A stretch of DNA of 64,000 bases from a virus. Lineage: Duplodnaviria > Caudoviricetes. The stretch lies in IMG/VR virus record IMGVR_UViG_3300032320_002249, positions 24,851 to 88,850 of that record, one strand, 5' to 3'. The translations under genes and the position numbers were made by a program. This document shows, one piece after another, positions 35,301 through 47,200 of the stretch. The notes beneath the pieces were generated by a model that was not told the DNA's origin, made no database searches, and worked only from the letters and a program-made list of their open reading frames with translations. The stretch's first letter is position 1. Each line of letters starts with the position of its first letter.

Positions 35301-38300
35301 AGTAAAGGCTATAACTATAACAAAATACCTAAAATAGTATCCGTAGCGTCCACTCAGGGAAGTGGAGCAGAATTGATTGCGGAGTCGAAGTCTATTGGAA
35401 AGATACAAAAAGTAGCTATTTCTGATCCAGGTTATGATTTTGCTTCTGATAGTACTCTAAAGCCAGAGGCACTTCTTCCATATGTTATAGAGTATTATAA
35501 ATCTAATGAAGTTACCGATATTACCATCATAGATGGTGGTAAAAATTATGCATATGCACCTTCAATAGTTCTTTATGATAAAAATACTAATGAGGTAATA
35601 GCTTCAAACTATTTTACTACAAATATTTCTGGTAGTTCGATAAATTCTGTGACTTTAAATGGAACTCTAAGGGGTCTTTCATCAACAAATTATGAAGTAT
35701 TTGCCGTAAACAATAGTAATGGAGTTGTGATAGAGTCTGCAACCCTTCAAGGAAACAATGTAACAGTAGAATGTAAGATAAGAACTCCTATTAATGGTTA
35801 TACTACCGAGCCTTTTGATGTTAATGACAAGATTTTTGTCGAGGGATTCCCTGCTGGCAGTGGTTTCAATTCTGCTGACAATGATTATCAATTCTTTACA
35901 GTTGTATCATATACAAATGCGGGCACTCAGAACGACAGATACCTTACATATGAGGTTCCTTCTGGAATTAATTACATACCTGTTGGGGTTACCACAAATA
36001 CTAATTCTTATGCATCAGCTATAAACTACCAAAAATATCCAAAATTTAAAGTAGTTCAAAATTCTAGTTTAATAGAATTGGGTGAGAAATTAATTCTATC
36101 AAAAAATAATGAATTTATAACAACTGATCTAGAAGTAGTAGAGGTTGGTTCTAATTTTGTAAAGGTATTAGGAAATTATAAGCTTTCTTTAGGCGATAAA
36201 ATTTCTACCAACATTAATGGTAGCGAATTCACCGTAAAAAATATTCTTATAAATGAAGGTTATTATGAATTAGGATATTATGTCAATAAAAATCTTGGAT
36301 GGAGCGACAACATAGGATTTTTAAATGATGAGACTCAGGTATTACCTGATAATGATTACTATCAGAATCTTTCATATACTATTAAGAGTCCAATAAAATT
36401 TAATGACTTCATAGGTCCAGTAAATTCATTAGTACACCCATCTGGAACTAAGAATTTTGCTGATGTTGGAATAGAAACTTCTAAGGCATTATCAAATACT
36501 GCTATAGATTCTATCGTTGTTTCTAGATATGATATTATAGAAAATAGTAGAGTTGATACTCTTTATAATTATGATTTTGTTTATGATTTTAATGTAGAAA
36601 ATAATAAATCAAAATATCTAGAATTTGTAAATAGAAGACTTACTGATTACATTGATTGTAAAACAAATAAAGTAATTATTATAGATGACATAAGCCCTAA
36701 CTTTAATGGAATCACAACTCATTTTGCATTAACAGAAAAGGGTGACCCTATTACTGGAATTAGAACTGATAATACTTTAATCGCTATAAATGGTGTAACA
36801 CAATATCCACTTTCTTATAGTGCAATAAATTATAATTTAACCAGTGCTGTAAATAATTCCATTAGATACTTGTCAGTTTCAGGAATTTCTTCGGTTTATT
36901 CAAATAGTATTTTAAAAATAGACAATGAGTATGTCCAAGTGACTTCAGTTGGCGTTGGAACTACTACAAATGGACCTATTTCTGAGACTGGAGACTATTA
37001 TGATACTCTGCCATCTGGTAAATATTATCTATTTGAGGTAGATAGAGGATTTTTTGGATCTACTGCCGCATCCCATTTAATAAATTCTTCTGTTAGAGTT
37101 TATAATGGAAATTATAACATAGTAAACAGTACAATATATTTTAGCAGTCCTCCAGCAGGTTCTTCTTCTGGCGAGATCGGTGAAACTGGAATAAAATATC
37201 CAAATGCCGTTTTTGATGGAAGAGTTTATCAACAATTTAGCTATAACAACAACTTAATATATGATGATATATCATATAAATTTGATGGTATCACCGATAC
37301 ATTTACTATAACCAAAAATGGAACAAATGTAACAGGAATTACTACTGGAAATGGTCTAGTTTTCATTAATGGAATATTCCAGAATCCAACTACCTCAAAC
37401 AATTCTGATAATTCTTACAATTTTATAGAAAATGCAGGAATATCTAGTATAGTTTTTAGTGGTGCAGTAAATCCGGAAACATCTACCAAGTATGTTTCTA
37501 GTTCTGATGTAAATAGAAATCAATTGCCTAAGGGTGGCATAATCGTGTCCTTTGGATTTACTGGTGGTTTGGGGTATGCTCCTTTGGTTGGTGCATCCGT
37601 AACCGCAGTGACCTCTGGCGGCGCCATAGTGGCGGTTGGATTGGGTTCTACGGACATTCTAGGCTCTGGATACAATGCGCCTGCTGCAGTCGCTGTGAGA
37701 GACCTTGGAGGAAATGGTGCCGGGGCTGTCATTACTACCAATGTTGGTTTAGGAGGAACCCTATCATTCAATATAAGCAATGGTGGCTCTAATTATGTCA
37801 GACCTATTTTAGATATTTCTGCACCTTCATATTCACTATTACCTGTTACAGGAATATCAAGAAAAGGTGTTGGATTAACTACTCAAACCGGGTTGGGACT
37901 ATTGCTCAATGTAGAAGTTGAGGCATCAAATGAGGTTGGTATAGGTTCCACCTTATTTGCTGTTAAGAACATAGATATAGCGAGACCTGGATATGCATTT
38001 AAAGCCGGTGATGTATTCAGACCAGTTGGATTAGTTACTGCTAAAGGATTAAATAGTCCAATTGAAGAATTAAAATTAACAGTTTTAAGCACTTATAATG
38101 ATAATTTTGCATCCTGGCAATTTGGTGAACTTGATTATATTGATTCTATTAAATCAAAGCAAAATGGAGTAAGAAAACGTTTCCCTCTTTATTACAAGGA
38201 AGAACTATTGAGCTTTGAAACCGATAATCCAGAAATAGATCTTTCTGCAGTATTAGTGATTTTCATTAACGGTGTTTTACAGACACCTAATAAAAATTAT

Positions 38301-39590
38301 ACATTTAAGGGCGGAACATCTTTTAACTTTATATCTGCACCATCTTCAAATGATATTGTTGATATATTCTTCTATAAAGGTACATCTGGCGTTGATTCTA
38401 TTTTAGCAAATGGATCATCTGATGTAAAAATAGGAGATGAGGTGAAGGTAAAAGCTAACCCAGATATTTTAGGAACTATTGAGCAAAGCAATAGAACAAT
38501 TTATGAATATAGCTCCAAGAGTATTGAAACCAATTTATACTACGGGGCCGGAATTGATAGTGAAAATCCTAAACCAATTGATTACATTAAACAAAAAGTT
38601 GATACTACAATTAATGGAGAACTTGTCTATAAATCAAGAGATTCTCTAGAAGGATTAATATTCCCAACTGCTAGAATAATTAAAAATTTCAATTCTGCAG
38701 ATACTATTTTATATGTTGATAATGCAAGCATATTTGCATATGATGAATTGGCACCTTCTACCCAAGAATTTGATTGTTTTATAACTAATTCAGTAGAACC
38801 AGTTGCAGCAGGTTTTTCTGCTGTAGTGTCTGCTGCTGGAACTATTCAGTCTATTCTTGTATTGAATGGTGGTTCTGGTTATTCTGGAGTTTCTACATCT
38901 GTTAAAATTTCTAAGCCAAAATTAATTGGCGTGGGAATTGGAACCACTGCAACTGCTACTGCAACTATTGTTAATGGTTCTATTACCAATGTTTCCATAA
39001 ACAATCCAGGATTTGGTTACACTACATCTATTCTACCACAAGTAATAGCATCAAAGTCCTCTGGAAAATACTCTAGTATAAAAAATGCTAATGTTGTCAA
39101 ATCATACACTGGAATAGTTACTGCAATAGAACCATCGACAGGTATTGGCGGAAATGCGAAGGCACTTAAATTCTACTTAAAGTCAGCAACAAGCATGACC
39201 TTTGAGGTGGGAGATGTTGTTTATATTACAGATACTACTGTTGGTTCTGGAATCACATCTATAAATTCATCAAATTCCGACATAGTAGGAATAGGAACTA
39301 GTTGTGTAAACACTGTTTATTATGTAAATCAAGTCGTTTCTACTGGTAATAACTCTGCTATTGTATGTAATATTCACTCTGGAATAAATACAGCAGGTTT
39401 AACAACCTCTGGTCCAGTTGGATACTTCTCAATGGGCAAATTAGTTAATATACAAAGGACCGATAGTAATAGTTATCTAGTAAATGGATATACCGTCAAC
39501 TCAGGTCTTACTACCTATCCAGTCTTACAGAGAAGAAATTGTGGAATTAGATCTACTGGATCTTTGATAAAAGTTAGACAAATCATTTAA
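29322..39590 (+). CDS. gp7: Large baseplate wedge initiator gp7 (3422 aa)
   Basis: Located between gp6 and gp8; KSFYRSKGTEESFKILFR, GWAYDGNPIYGPY, LDEYNGRYCVTPEF and HPSGTKNF motifs; many G.GY..P.V repeats. Confidence 0.85.
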   Translation: MISTGFEQKVKIQQIIESQFPEFVVTESPNAVEFLRQYYISQEYQSGPIDLADNLDQYLKLDNITPEVIIGETVLSQSITSSSSVIQVGTTKGFPNEYGLLKIDDEIITYTGITTNTFTGCIRGFSGISSYKSPSNPGELVFESTEASAHSQNSKVYNLSSLFLKEFYKKIKYTLTPGFENIDLVPQLNVNTFIKESKSFYRSKGTEESFKILFRVLFGIDPKVVDLEQFLIKPSSAGYLRRNILFAERISGDPAKLAGQTLYKSNNLSAQVTISEVEILTRNNKTYYKLYAFIGYDGEESLSQEFSATGKTKVVQSVSSNSSTITVDSTIGFAYSGKISYGLTIISYTSKSLNQFFGCSGIPTLGLNTADTLISTDTAFGYENGDITKKVELRLCSVISKFVPTLNNYLFNENDEIKIKNLGKSLYDSGESDYDKVFSSSWIYNTCNRFFIKSINGSSFTLYNPLEKYDLTIGDRVDIVSRGSTQIIVENALVSSISPDKLVVGLTYSVNAVFATEQEYDIRRKHVFASSSGEPILQGNSTVSANIQNVYLDNENFYVASNSLPSSEITTNVSKVVFDNELDYQIIDSKIICENPIPFLSGDRVYYTHTGTPINGLAEGFYYVYVVDSYKKELRLYYSNLLIGSSNYISISKNSNGVHSFKLYNQKNNYIAPQKLLKKFSRTQNIKNSITPDTTPGTIGMMIDGVEILNYKSNDKVYYGPLDKINVINGGSGYDIISPPIIEIGGPSVGNTAYCQPILRGNIKNVLVDPQNFDIEKVLSISVTGGNGSSAILDAIVDKQYREVSFDARITSAGGGVGVTSEATPTSDEETITFLEDHNFRNGEAIVYNSNGNVPLGVSTFKGSNSIENNNLVNGVVYYSSFVNSKTIKLYPTEEDYIAGINTVGFSTFNTRGIHKFRTFLPKNRLKDIKVVNPGFNYENRLLRVSPSGISTTNNLIEYKNHGFSSGEKVIYSSTGTIASPLVNQNEYIIIKISDDAFRVCSGLDNYIRNDYVKLSSIGSGYHTFKYPEIQVNVLVQHENGVGIITATPIVRGEIVGAYLYVGGSNYGSVNINTHKKPTITVKRGKNAQLKANIIGGKIVDVQILNKGQDYYTIPDLVVEGAGSGAKLRAVINQGKIENIIIIDSGAYYDSNTKITLVEPGIGVKLDPEVRSLTVNYCYNNNGDILQDSDENLKYNRLSYDVDLFNESPNSHSSIIGWAYDGNPIYGPYGYSTAFSTLQLKKLNSGYTLDSSSVTNRPSNYPDGFFVEDYKFVGGDLDEYNGRYCVTPEFKNGVYAYFAAIDSQNQPIFPYFIGNKYRSNLINQAGLNQEFNFVNSDLIRNTHPYGVDNEYEYNEFIQETNKFIAQNSTIKSTSTGSIDNIKIVSRGDNYKVGDLIKFEDISSGSASAYVSYVNGKEVEKIETTAKIYDNSVLIWKPDGIFVRTSTPHLFNDNDRIIVSGVSTYIPKLTKYQKINNKTESTILLKNVSSSAGTTDIYVSSILPSVSAGSSIKLENEVATVLAVYPEKSVMRIQRYSGAVGHTTSSQVTLLNDSFTIPLTTKSFTSYLDSTVYFNPFNSVGFGTTVGISSSLIYSIGESQSNISVPHGSIYIPNHQFNNNEKVALTIPVGGTLVVYEEGKGQYNIPNTLYVTNKSKDFIGIKTTVSGNEVFFASSSLNSNLYKLKTDRTKVYGTVEQLYSTITTIESHQLQKNDVIKLEVNPNTTVGIGTSTKINLSYNSTLDKILANKVYFSNSGVSTSSNSINIPNHQFNSGDKVYYNSDNTVMSGVSTGVYYVYVSSENLIKLCKTYVDSASIPTNEVSLLSQGGSLQHLTLVSPRINVFGKNSLKFDLSDASLANKELKFFLDREYKNEFVSVGSSSSTNILSIGTIGVSNNASVTVLYNENNPPVLYYTLKKSDGSLVRDIDLIDYNEICYEKSFYNGFYDVLSTTTNTFSINLLNYPESFNYNSTNSEITYSTKSLIATGGISDTMFTSKGYNYNKIPKIVSVASTQGSGAELIAESKSIGKIQKVAISDPGYDFASDSTLKPEALLPYVIEYYKSNEVTDITIIDGGKNYAYAPSIVLYDKNTNEVIASNYFTTNISGSSINSVTLNGTLRGLSSTNYEVFAVNNSNGVVIESATLQGNNVTVECKIRTPINGYTTEPFDVNDKIFVEGFPAGSGFNSADNDYQFFTVVSYTNAGTQNDRYLTYEVPSGINYIPVGVTTNTNSYASAINYQKYPKFKVVQNSSLIELGEKLILSKNNEFITTDLEVVEVGSNFVKVLGNYKLSLGDKISTNINGSEFTVKNILINEGYYELGYYVNKNLGWSDNIGFLNDETQVLPDNDYYQNLSYTIKSPIKFNDFIGPVNSLVHPSGTKNFADVGIETSKALSNTAIDSIVVSRYDIIENSRVDTLYNYDFVYDFNVENNKSKYLEFVNRRLTDYIDCKTNKVIIIDDISPNFNGITTHFALTEKGDPITGIRTDNTLIAINGVTQYPLSYSAINYNLTSAVNNSIRYLSVSGISSVYSNSILKIDNEYVQVTSVGVGTTTNGPISETGDYYDTLPSGKYYLFEVDRGFFGSTAASHLINSSVRVYNGNYNIVNSTIYFSSPPAGSSSGEIGETGIKYPNAVFDGRVYQQFSYNNNLIYDDISYKFDGITDTFTITKNGTNVTGITTGNGLVFINGIFQNPTTSNNSDNSYNFIENAGISSIVFSGAVNPETSTKYVSSSDVNRNQLPKGGIIVSFGFTGGLGYAPLVGASVTAVTSGGAIVAVGLGSTDILGSGYNAPAAVAVRDLGGNGAGAVITTNVGLGGTLSFNISNGGSNYVRPILDISAPSYSLLPVTGISRKGVGLTTQTGLGLLLNVEVEASNEVGIGSTLFAVKNIDIARPGYAFKAGDVFRPVGLVTAKGLNSPIEELKLTVLSTYNDNFASWQFGELDYIDSIKSKQNGVRKRFPLYYKEELLSFETDNPEIDLSAVLVIFINGVLQTPNKNYTFKGGTSFNFISAPSSNDIVDIFFYKGTSGVDSILANGSSDVKIGDEVKVKANPDILGTIEQSNRTIYEYSSKSIETNLYYGAGIDSENPKPIDYIKQKVDTTINGELVYKSRDSLEGLIFPTARIIKNFNSADTILYVDNASIFAYDELAPSTQEFDCFITNSVEPVAAGFSAVVSAAGTIQSILVLNGGSGYSGVSTSVKISKPKLIGVGIGTTATATATIVNGSITNVSINNPGFGYTTSILPQVIASKSSGKYSSIKNANVVKSYTGIVTAIEPSTGIGGNAKALKFYLKSATSMTFEVGDVVYITDTTVGSGITSINSSNSDIVGIGTSCVNTVYYVNQVVSTGNNSAIVCNIHSGINTAGLTTSGPVGYFSMGKLVNIQRTDSNSYLVNGYTVNSGLTTYPVLQRRNCGIRSTGSLIKVRQII

Positions 39591-39619
39591 TACATATAAA
39601 TAAAGAAAAAAGAGATAAA

Positions 39620-41197
39620 ATGGCAGCTATTATAACTGATCAATTCAGAATATCTAATGCTAATAACTTTTTAGATTCTGTTAATAATGATCAAAATTCA
39701 TATTATATTTTCTTGAGTTTACCAAATCCAACTACACCATCTTTAGGATTTGGTAGAAATAGCAATTGGGACACTTCTCCTGATGAGCCGGTTGATAATA
39801 TCAATTATCTCAATCATACCAAAGATGGAATCATTTGTGGTAAAAAGATAACATATGTAAATGCTAGACCAGTTATAAAAAAGCGCCCATGGACAGTAAA
39901 CACTGTTTATGAAATGTACAGACATGATTACAGTGTTTCAAATCCATCTCCAGTTACAAACTCTAATAGACTATATGATGCTTCATATTATGTAATTAAT
40001 AGCAACTATTCGGTTTATGTTTGTATAGATAATGGCTCTAATGGTGACAATGTAAAAGGAAATCCCTCTCTAGACGAACCATTATTTACAGATTTAGAAG
40101 TATCTAAAGCCGGAGAAAGTGGTGATGGATATATCTGGAAATATCTATTTACTGTATCTCCTTCCGATATTATAAAATTCGATTCTACAGAATATATTTG
40201 TGTTCCTAATTCTTGGTCTACTTCTACAGACCCACAAATAGAAGCTATTAGAAAAAATGGAGATTCTTCATTAAATGAAAATCAATTGAAAAAAATCTAT
40301 ATCAATAAAAAAGGACAAGGTTATACCTTAGATGGCACTGTAGAAGTAGATATATTGGGCGATGGAACCGGCGGAAAGGTATTGATTACTGGAAATGGAA
40401 ACAATATAACAAATGCCGTCGTTTCTTCTGGTGGAAAAAATTACACTTATGGAGTAGTAGATTTAGGTGCCTATAATGAAGTAGTTACAGGCAGTTCTAA
40501 CTATGCACAACTAATACCTATAATTCCACCATCAAAAGGTCATGGTTATGACATATACAATGAATTAGGAACCGATAAAGTTTTGCTTTATGCAAGATTT
40601 GATGATTCAACAAGGGACTTCCCAGAAAATACAACCTTTGCTCAAGTTGGAATAATAAAAAATCCTACCATTTATGGTCAAACTGGAATTTTTAGTGGAA
40701 GTAGCTTTAATGGTGTAAGAGCCTTAAAGATAGCCGCAATATCTGGAACAGACCTTAGAACACTAAATCCTGGAGATGTAATAACACAAACTATATCTTC
40801 TACTCAAGTTGCAAAGGGATATGTAGTTTCTTATGATCCAAAAACAAGAGTACTAAAATACTATAAAGATAGAAATTTGTGCTTTGATAGTTCTCAATAT
40901 GATAACGAAACCGACTATAGATTGGTATCTACTGGTGCAAAAGTTGTAGATTTTATTAGAACTGGTGGAACTATAACAGGATCTAATGGATTTACCGGAA
41001 CCATAGAAAACTTTACTGGATCACAAGTATTGGATTCTTCATCTAATATTATTGACCTTGGAACATACTTTACAGAAGGCATCTCTAATCCTGAGATAAA
41101 TAAAAACTCTGGTGAAATTATTTACATTTCAAATAGACCTGTAGTAACCAGAAACATTAGACAAAAAGAAGACGTTAAAATTACCCTGGAATTTTAA
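39620..41197 (+). CDS. gp8: Baseplate wedge subunit gp8
   Basis: MAAIITDQFRI, YEMYRHDY, VYVCIDNG, DGYIWKYLFT, NSGEIIYISNR; late promoter TATAAATA at 39595-39602. Confidence 0.92.
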   Translation: MAAIITDQFRISNANNFLDSVNNDQNSYYIFLSLPNPTTPSLGFGRNSNWDTSPDEPVDNINYLNHTKDGIICGKKITYVNARPVIKKRPWTVNTVYEMYRHDYSVSNPSPVTNSNRLYDASYYVINSNYSVYVCIDNGSNGDNVKGNPSLDEPLFTDLEVSKAGESGDGYIWKYLFTVSPSDIIKFDSTEYICVPNSWSTSTDPQIEAIRKNGDSSLNENQLKKIYINKKGQGYTLDGTVEVDILGDGTGGKVLITGNGNNITNAVVSSGGKNYTYGVVDLGAYNEVVTGSSNYAQLIPIIPPSKGHGYDIYNELGTDKVLLYARFDDSTRDFPENTTFAQVGIIKNPTIYGQTGIFSGSSFNGVRALKIAAISGTDLRTLNPGDVITQTISSTQVAKGYVVSYDPKTRVLKYYKDRNLCFDSSQYDNETDYRLVSTGAKVVDFIRTGGTITGSNGFTGTIENFTGSQVLDSSSNIIDLGTYFTEGISNPEINKNSGEIIYISNRPVVTRNIRQKEDVKITLEF

Positions 41198-41200
41198 AAA

Positions 41201-44200
41201 ATGGCACAAAAAACCAATTTAAATGTATCTCCATACAATGATGATTTTGATAAATCAAAAAATTATTATAGAGTATTATTTAATCCAGGAAAACCTGTTC
41301 AAACTAGAGAATTAATAACTCTACAGTCTATTCTTCAAAATCAAATAGAATCCTTCGGAAGTCATATGTTCAAAGAAGGGTCTATGGTGATTCCAGGGGG
41401 AGTTACTTATGATTCTGATTACTTTGCGGTGCAATTAAATCCAGATCACCTAGGATTGGATGTATCAGTTTACGTTAATAATTTTGTTGGCAAGAAAATT
41501 CAGGGACAGTCTTCAAACATTACAGCAATTGTTGATGGATACGAACTTCCAGGAGACATCAACAATTTAGACAATCTTACCTTATATGTAAAATATCTTA
41601 ATTCAAATTCTTCAAATGAAATTAGTCAATTTGAAGATGGCGAATTGTTAATTTCTCTTGAAGATGTTTCATATGGAAATACCACAATAACATCCGGCTC
41701 ATCTTTTGCATCATTGATAAGTTTTAATGCAACCTCCATTGGAGCTGCTGTTGGTATTTCTGATGGAGTTTATTTTATAAGAGGAACTTTTGTTGATGTT
41801 AATGATGATAAATTAGTTTTAGATCCATTTACTAATTTAGTATCCTACAGAGTGGGATTAGCTATTATTGAAGAGATTGTAAAGTCTGAAGACGATTCTT
41901 CTCTTTATGATAATGCTAAGGGATTTAAAAACTATGCAGCTCCAGGTGCTGATAGATTAAAAATTTACACTAAACTTGATAAAAAATTATTAACAGATTA
42001 TGATGATAAAAATTTCATCGAGTTAATAAGAATCGAAAATGGTGAAGTTAAAAAACTGCAAAATAAATCAGAATATTCTATCGTTAAAGATTACTTTGCA
42101 AAAAGAACTTTTGAAGAATCTGGAGATTATGTAGTAGATAAATTTACAGTAGAAGTTGCAAATTCTTTAAATGATTTAATTGGAAGCAATGGGGTTTATT
42201 TGAGCAATCAAACAACCGAACAAGGCAATACGCCTTCAGATAACTTAATGTGTGTTAAGGTATCACCAGGAAAAGCTTATGTTAGAGGATATGATATTGA
42301 AAAAGTTGGAACTACTTTAATAGATGTAGAAAAACCAAGAGATGTTCAAGAAGTTTCAGCTACAGCAGTTCCATTTCAAATGGGAAATGTTATAAAAGTT
42401 AATAACGTACAAGGAACTCCTTTAATTGGTATTGATAAGGATGATAATGTAGTAGATTTATATTCTACAAGAGGCGCTAATACCAATTTAGTAGGAAAGG
42501 CAAGAGTATATTCTTTCAATTTAAGCGATGATACTTACAGAAATCAAGCATCTGTTTGGGAATTATCTCTTTTTGATATTCAAACCTACACAGAATTAAC
42601 TCTAAACACTGCACTAAATTCTACTCAATGCCCTGCAACCTCTTATATTAAAGGAGTTAGTAGCGGTGCATATGGGTATGTTATAACTGATGCTAGCAGC
42701 TCAACAATACTTTTAACACAAGTAAGTGGAACTTTCTTGTCTGGGGAGCAAATCAGTATAAATGAATCAACTAATGTTGTTAGATCAGTAGCCAAAGTAA
42801 AGCAATATACTTTCGAGGACGTAAAAAGAGTATATCAGAGTACTGTCGTTTCAGGATTATCTACAAACTTTATTGCAGATACTTTCTTATACAAATATCT
42901 TCCTAAAAATTTCAGTGCAACTGATCAATTATTAATTTCTCCTGCAGGTATTGCTACATGTCCTGGTAAGAATTTTATTGGAATAAGAAGCGATGCTATT
43001 ATAAGATACCAAGGCAGTCAGAACTTAGAAATTTTTAATAGAGTTGAATCTGTGTCTAGTGACGGATTGACTATGAAGTTGGTAACAATACCTGGCGTTC
43101 CTGGAGTTTGTTCCAGTATAATTCCGTCTTCAGGTATCATACAAAACTTTACAGTTGGTTCTCCTAAAATCTTAAACCCAGAAAAATCATATCTTTATTC
43201 AAATTTACCAGAAAAAAATATTTCTGCTGTAAGTTTAGCTAATTCTGATATTAATATTGTTGTTCAAGTTACAAATAGAACACATAGCAGCGGAGAATCA
43301 ACGATTAATATTGTTGATACTGGTATTCCAGATACTTTCTTCACCGCATTTGATGCAGAAAGATATTCAGTTATTTCTAATACAGGAGCAGTAGAGCCTT
43401 TAACTAGCGATATGTTCCAATTAAATAATGACTCTTCTCAATTGACCTTGAGAAACTTGACTGTATCCTCTCCTTTCACCTTAGTTGCAACTTTAAGAAA
43501 AATAAATCTAAAAAATAAGAACAAAGTCCGTCTAAGAAGTGAAAAACTAATTGTTTCTAAGACAAGCAAGACAGAAGCTGGAAGAGGTCTTACTACAAAC
43601 AACTTCTACGGACTAAGGTTAGAAGATAGAGAGATTTCTTTAAATGTTCCAGATGCTATAAAAATAGTAGGAATTTTTGAATCTTTAACAGAATCTGATC
43701 CTACTTTAGATGAACTAGTATTTGTTTCTGGATTAAACTTAGATACAAATAGTATAATTGGAGAAACTGTCACTGGTCAATCAAGTGGTACTGTAGCACA
43801 AATAGTAGAAAGAAGTTCTACTGCTATTAAAATATGCTACTTAAATACCAATAAATTTGTTGCAGGAGAGGTTGTAAAATTTGCAGAATCAAATATTGAA
43901 ACTAATCTTTTAGAGTATAATGTTGGTGAATATCTAGATATAACAAAAAATTATAGCCTAGATAAAGGACAAAGATCTCAATTTTATGATTTTTCTAGAA
44001 TAGTTAGAACAAATGATTCTTATATACCTTCTAGAAGAATATTAGTTGTATTTGATTATTTTGGTATTCCAACAAATGATCAAGGTGTTCTTTATACTGT
44101 AAATTCATATCCTTCAAGTTCTTATGGAAAATATATTCCACAAGTTGATGAATCTAATGCATCTGATATTTTAGACTTTAGACCAAGAGTTAAAAAATTC

Positions 44201-47200
44201 ACTTCTATAACCTCTTCTCCTTTTGCGTTCCAAAATAGAGATTTTGGAACAGCTGGAGTAAATTCTACTTTAGTAGTTGCACCTAATGAAAGCTCTATAA
44301 TAGGATACTCAAACTACTTACCAAGAATAGATAAAGTTGTTTTAGATAAATTAGGAAATATCAGTGTGGTTAGAGGTGTTTCCTCTAAAAATCCAAAGCC
44401 ACCTACAAATGTAGAAGAGGCTATGGATTTGGCTACCATAACATTGCCTGCATACTTGTATTCACCATCTGATGCTAATATTTCATTGGTTGATAACAAG
44501 AGATACACCATGAGAGATATTTCTAAACTAGAAGATAGAATCTCTAATATAGAAGAAGTGACCTCTCTATCTCTATTGGAAATCGATACTAAAGCTCTTC
44601 AAATAGAAGATGCGAACAGATTGAATAGATTTAAGTCTGGATTTTTTGTTGATGATTTTAGAAATACAAACTTGATGAACACTAGTGATAATGATAATAA
44701 AGTTGACATTAATGAAAATTCCGAGCTTGTATGTCCAAAAGAGATATATTCATTGAAGCCGCAATTGGCCTTAAATTCCAGCATAAATCCAGATACTGCA
44801 GATTATTCATCTAATCTTTCTTTATTAGATTCTAATGTAAGAAAAACCGGAGATTTAGTAACATTAAATTATAATGAAAAATCTTGGATAAAACAGCCAT
44901 TAGCTACTAGAGTTACTAATGTAAACCCATTCAATATCATAGAATGGGATGGAAATATAATTCTAAACCCAGCTTCAGATAATTGGGTTAGAACTATAGT
45001 TGTTTCTGGAGGAACAAGAAATTTAACTGGTGATTCTGAAAGAACCTATGTTGAAAATGTAAAGATTTCTAGTGAGGCAGATAGCCACATAAGATCTAGA
45101 AACGTACTTTTTAATGCAACAAGCTTAAAACCTCTTACACGTTACTATCCTTTCTTTGATAATGTTTCAAATGTGGATATTATTCCTAAGTTGTTGGAAA
45201 TTTCCATGCTTTCTGGAACATTTAAGTCCGGTGAAACTGTAGATGGATATATTAATGGCCAAAGAGTGATTAGATTTAGAACTTGTAAGCCAAATCATAA
45301 ATCTGGAAATATATTATCACCATCTTTCACATATTCTTTAAATCCATATGATAGAAATTTCACTATTCCTAGTGAATATGGAGCTTCTTCAACCATCATC
45401 AATATAGATACAAACTCTTTGGCTGAAGAGGTTAATGGTAGATTCTTCGGATATGTGTCTTTAGGTGTATTTTTAGTTGGATTAGAATCAAATGCCCAGG
45501 CAACTGTTACTGATACAAAACTAGTAACTGATGTTTATGGCGATGTTCAGGGATCATTCTTTATTAGAAATCCATTTACTTCTCCACCACCACCAATTAG
45601 ATTTACTTTAGGAACAAAAACCTTTAAACTATCTTCTAGTTCAACAAATCAAGCAAACACTCCTGGTAGTTTGTCTATAAGTAGTGCAGAAACAACATAT
45701 TCGGCTAGTGGTATAGTAGATACTTATACTTCTACTAACGTAGTTGTTAGAAGACCACCTCCACCTGTAATTCCTCCTCGTCAAAATCAAAACGATGATG
45801 AACGAAGAAGAAGGGCACGCAGAGTAGATCCTGTTGCACAATCTTTCACTGTAGATGAAAACGGAGCATATTTAACATCATTAGACATATTTTTTGCTTC
45901 AAAAGACGCTACAGAAAAATTAACAGTTGAAATAAGAACTGTAGAATTGGGCACTCCAACTAATTTACTTATTCAGGATTTTGCTAGAGTTCAATTAGAA
46001 CCCTCACAAATAAATGTATCGTCTGATGCATCTATTGTAACCAGAGTTACATTCCCTTCGCCAATTTACTTACCACCAAATAATGAATATGCAGTGGTAC
46101 TACTAGCACCATCTACTAATAATTATGAAGTTTGGTGTGCAAGAAGTGGAGAAAGAACCGTAAATACACAAAATCTACCAGATGCTGAAAGTGTAATTTA
46201 TAGCAAACAGTATTTGGGAGGAAGTCTATTTAAGTCTCAGAATGGAACAATTTGGACACCATCTCAATACGAAGACTTGACATTTGTTCTATATAAGGCT
46301 CAATTTACTTCAACCTCTGGTACTGTGTATTTCTATAATCCTCCACTAAGAGCGGATGAAGGAATATTAACCGATTTAGTCACCAATCCTATCAAAGTTT
46401 ATCCTAGAAAGGGTATTGTTGGAATAAACACCACCAGTAGTTCGGTGTTTTCTACCGGCAGAAAACTTAAAACAAATGTTTCAGGAACAGATGTTTTTGG
46501 TTATGTTGAAAGAACTGGAGGACCTATCCCAAGTAGCACTTCTTTAACAATGTTTAATTCAGGAGAAGGATATACTTCTACTGGATCTCCATTTTCAAAT
46601 GTTCCATTGTATAGTATCACTGGAAATGGTTCTGGGGCGCAGGCTACTGTTACAACTTCTAATGGAAAAGTAACTAATGTAGTAATATCCAAAGCAGGTA
46701 ATGGTTACTCTAACGGAGATATTCTCGGAATAACCACATCCTCTGTGGGCAATGTTGGTAAAAATGCAACAGTAACGGTTTCAGGGGTTGTTCAACTAGA
46801 TACAATTTTTGCAACTAGTTTAACCGGAGATAGTTTTGGAAATCTTGAAGAAGTATTTTATCTTGATGGTGCTAGTTATGTAACTTCCAGTGTTAATACT
46901 AGAAGTGAAACCGTGGCATTATCAGATCTATATGAGGGAAATATAATAGAAGTTACTCACTATAATCATGGAATGCAATCTGATACTAATACAGTTGAGA
47001 TAAAAGGAGTTGAACCAAACACTCCACATACTATCTTGGCACAAGAATTATCAATAAATGCTAATACTATTTTAGTTCAGGATGCAGCTGCTGGTGGATT
47101 CTCTACCTTTGAAGGACTTGCAAACTCTATTGGATTCTTAAAGATTAATAATGAGATAATTTATTATGATTCTATTAATTCCAATACAATAAATATCGGA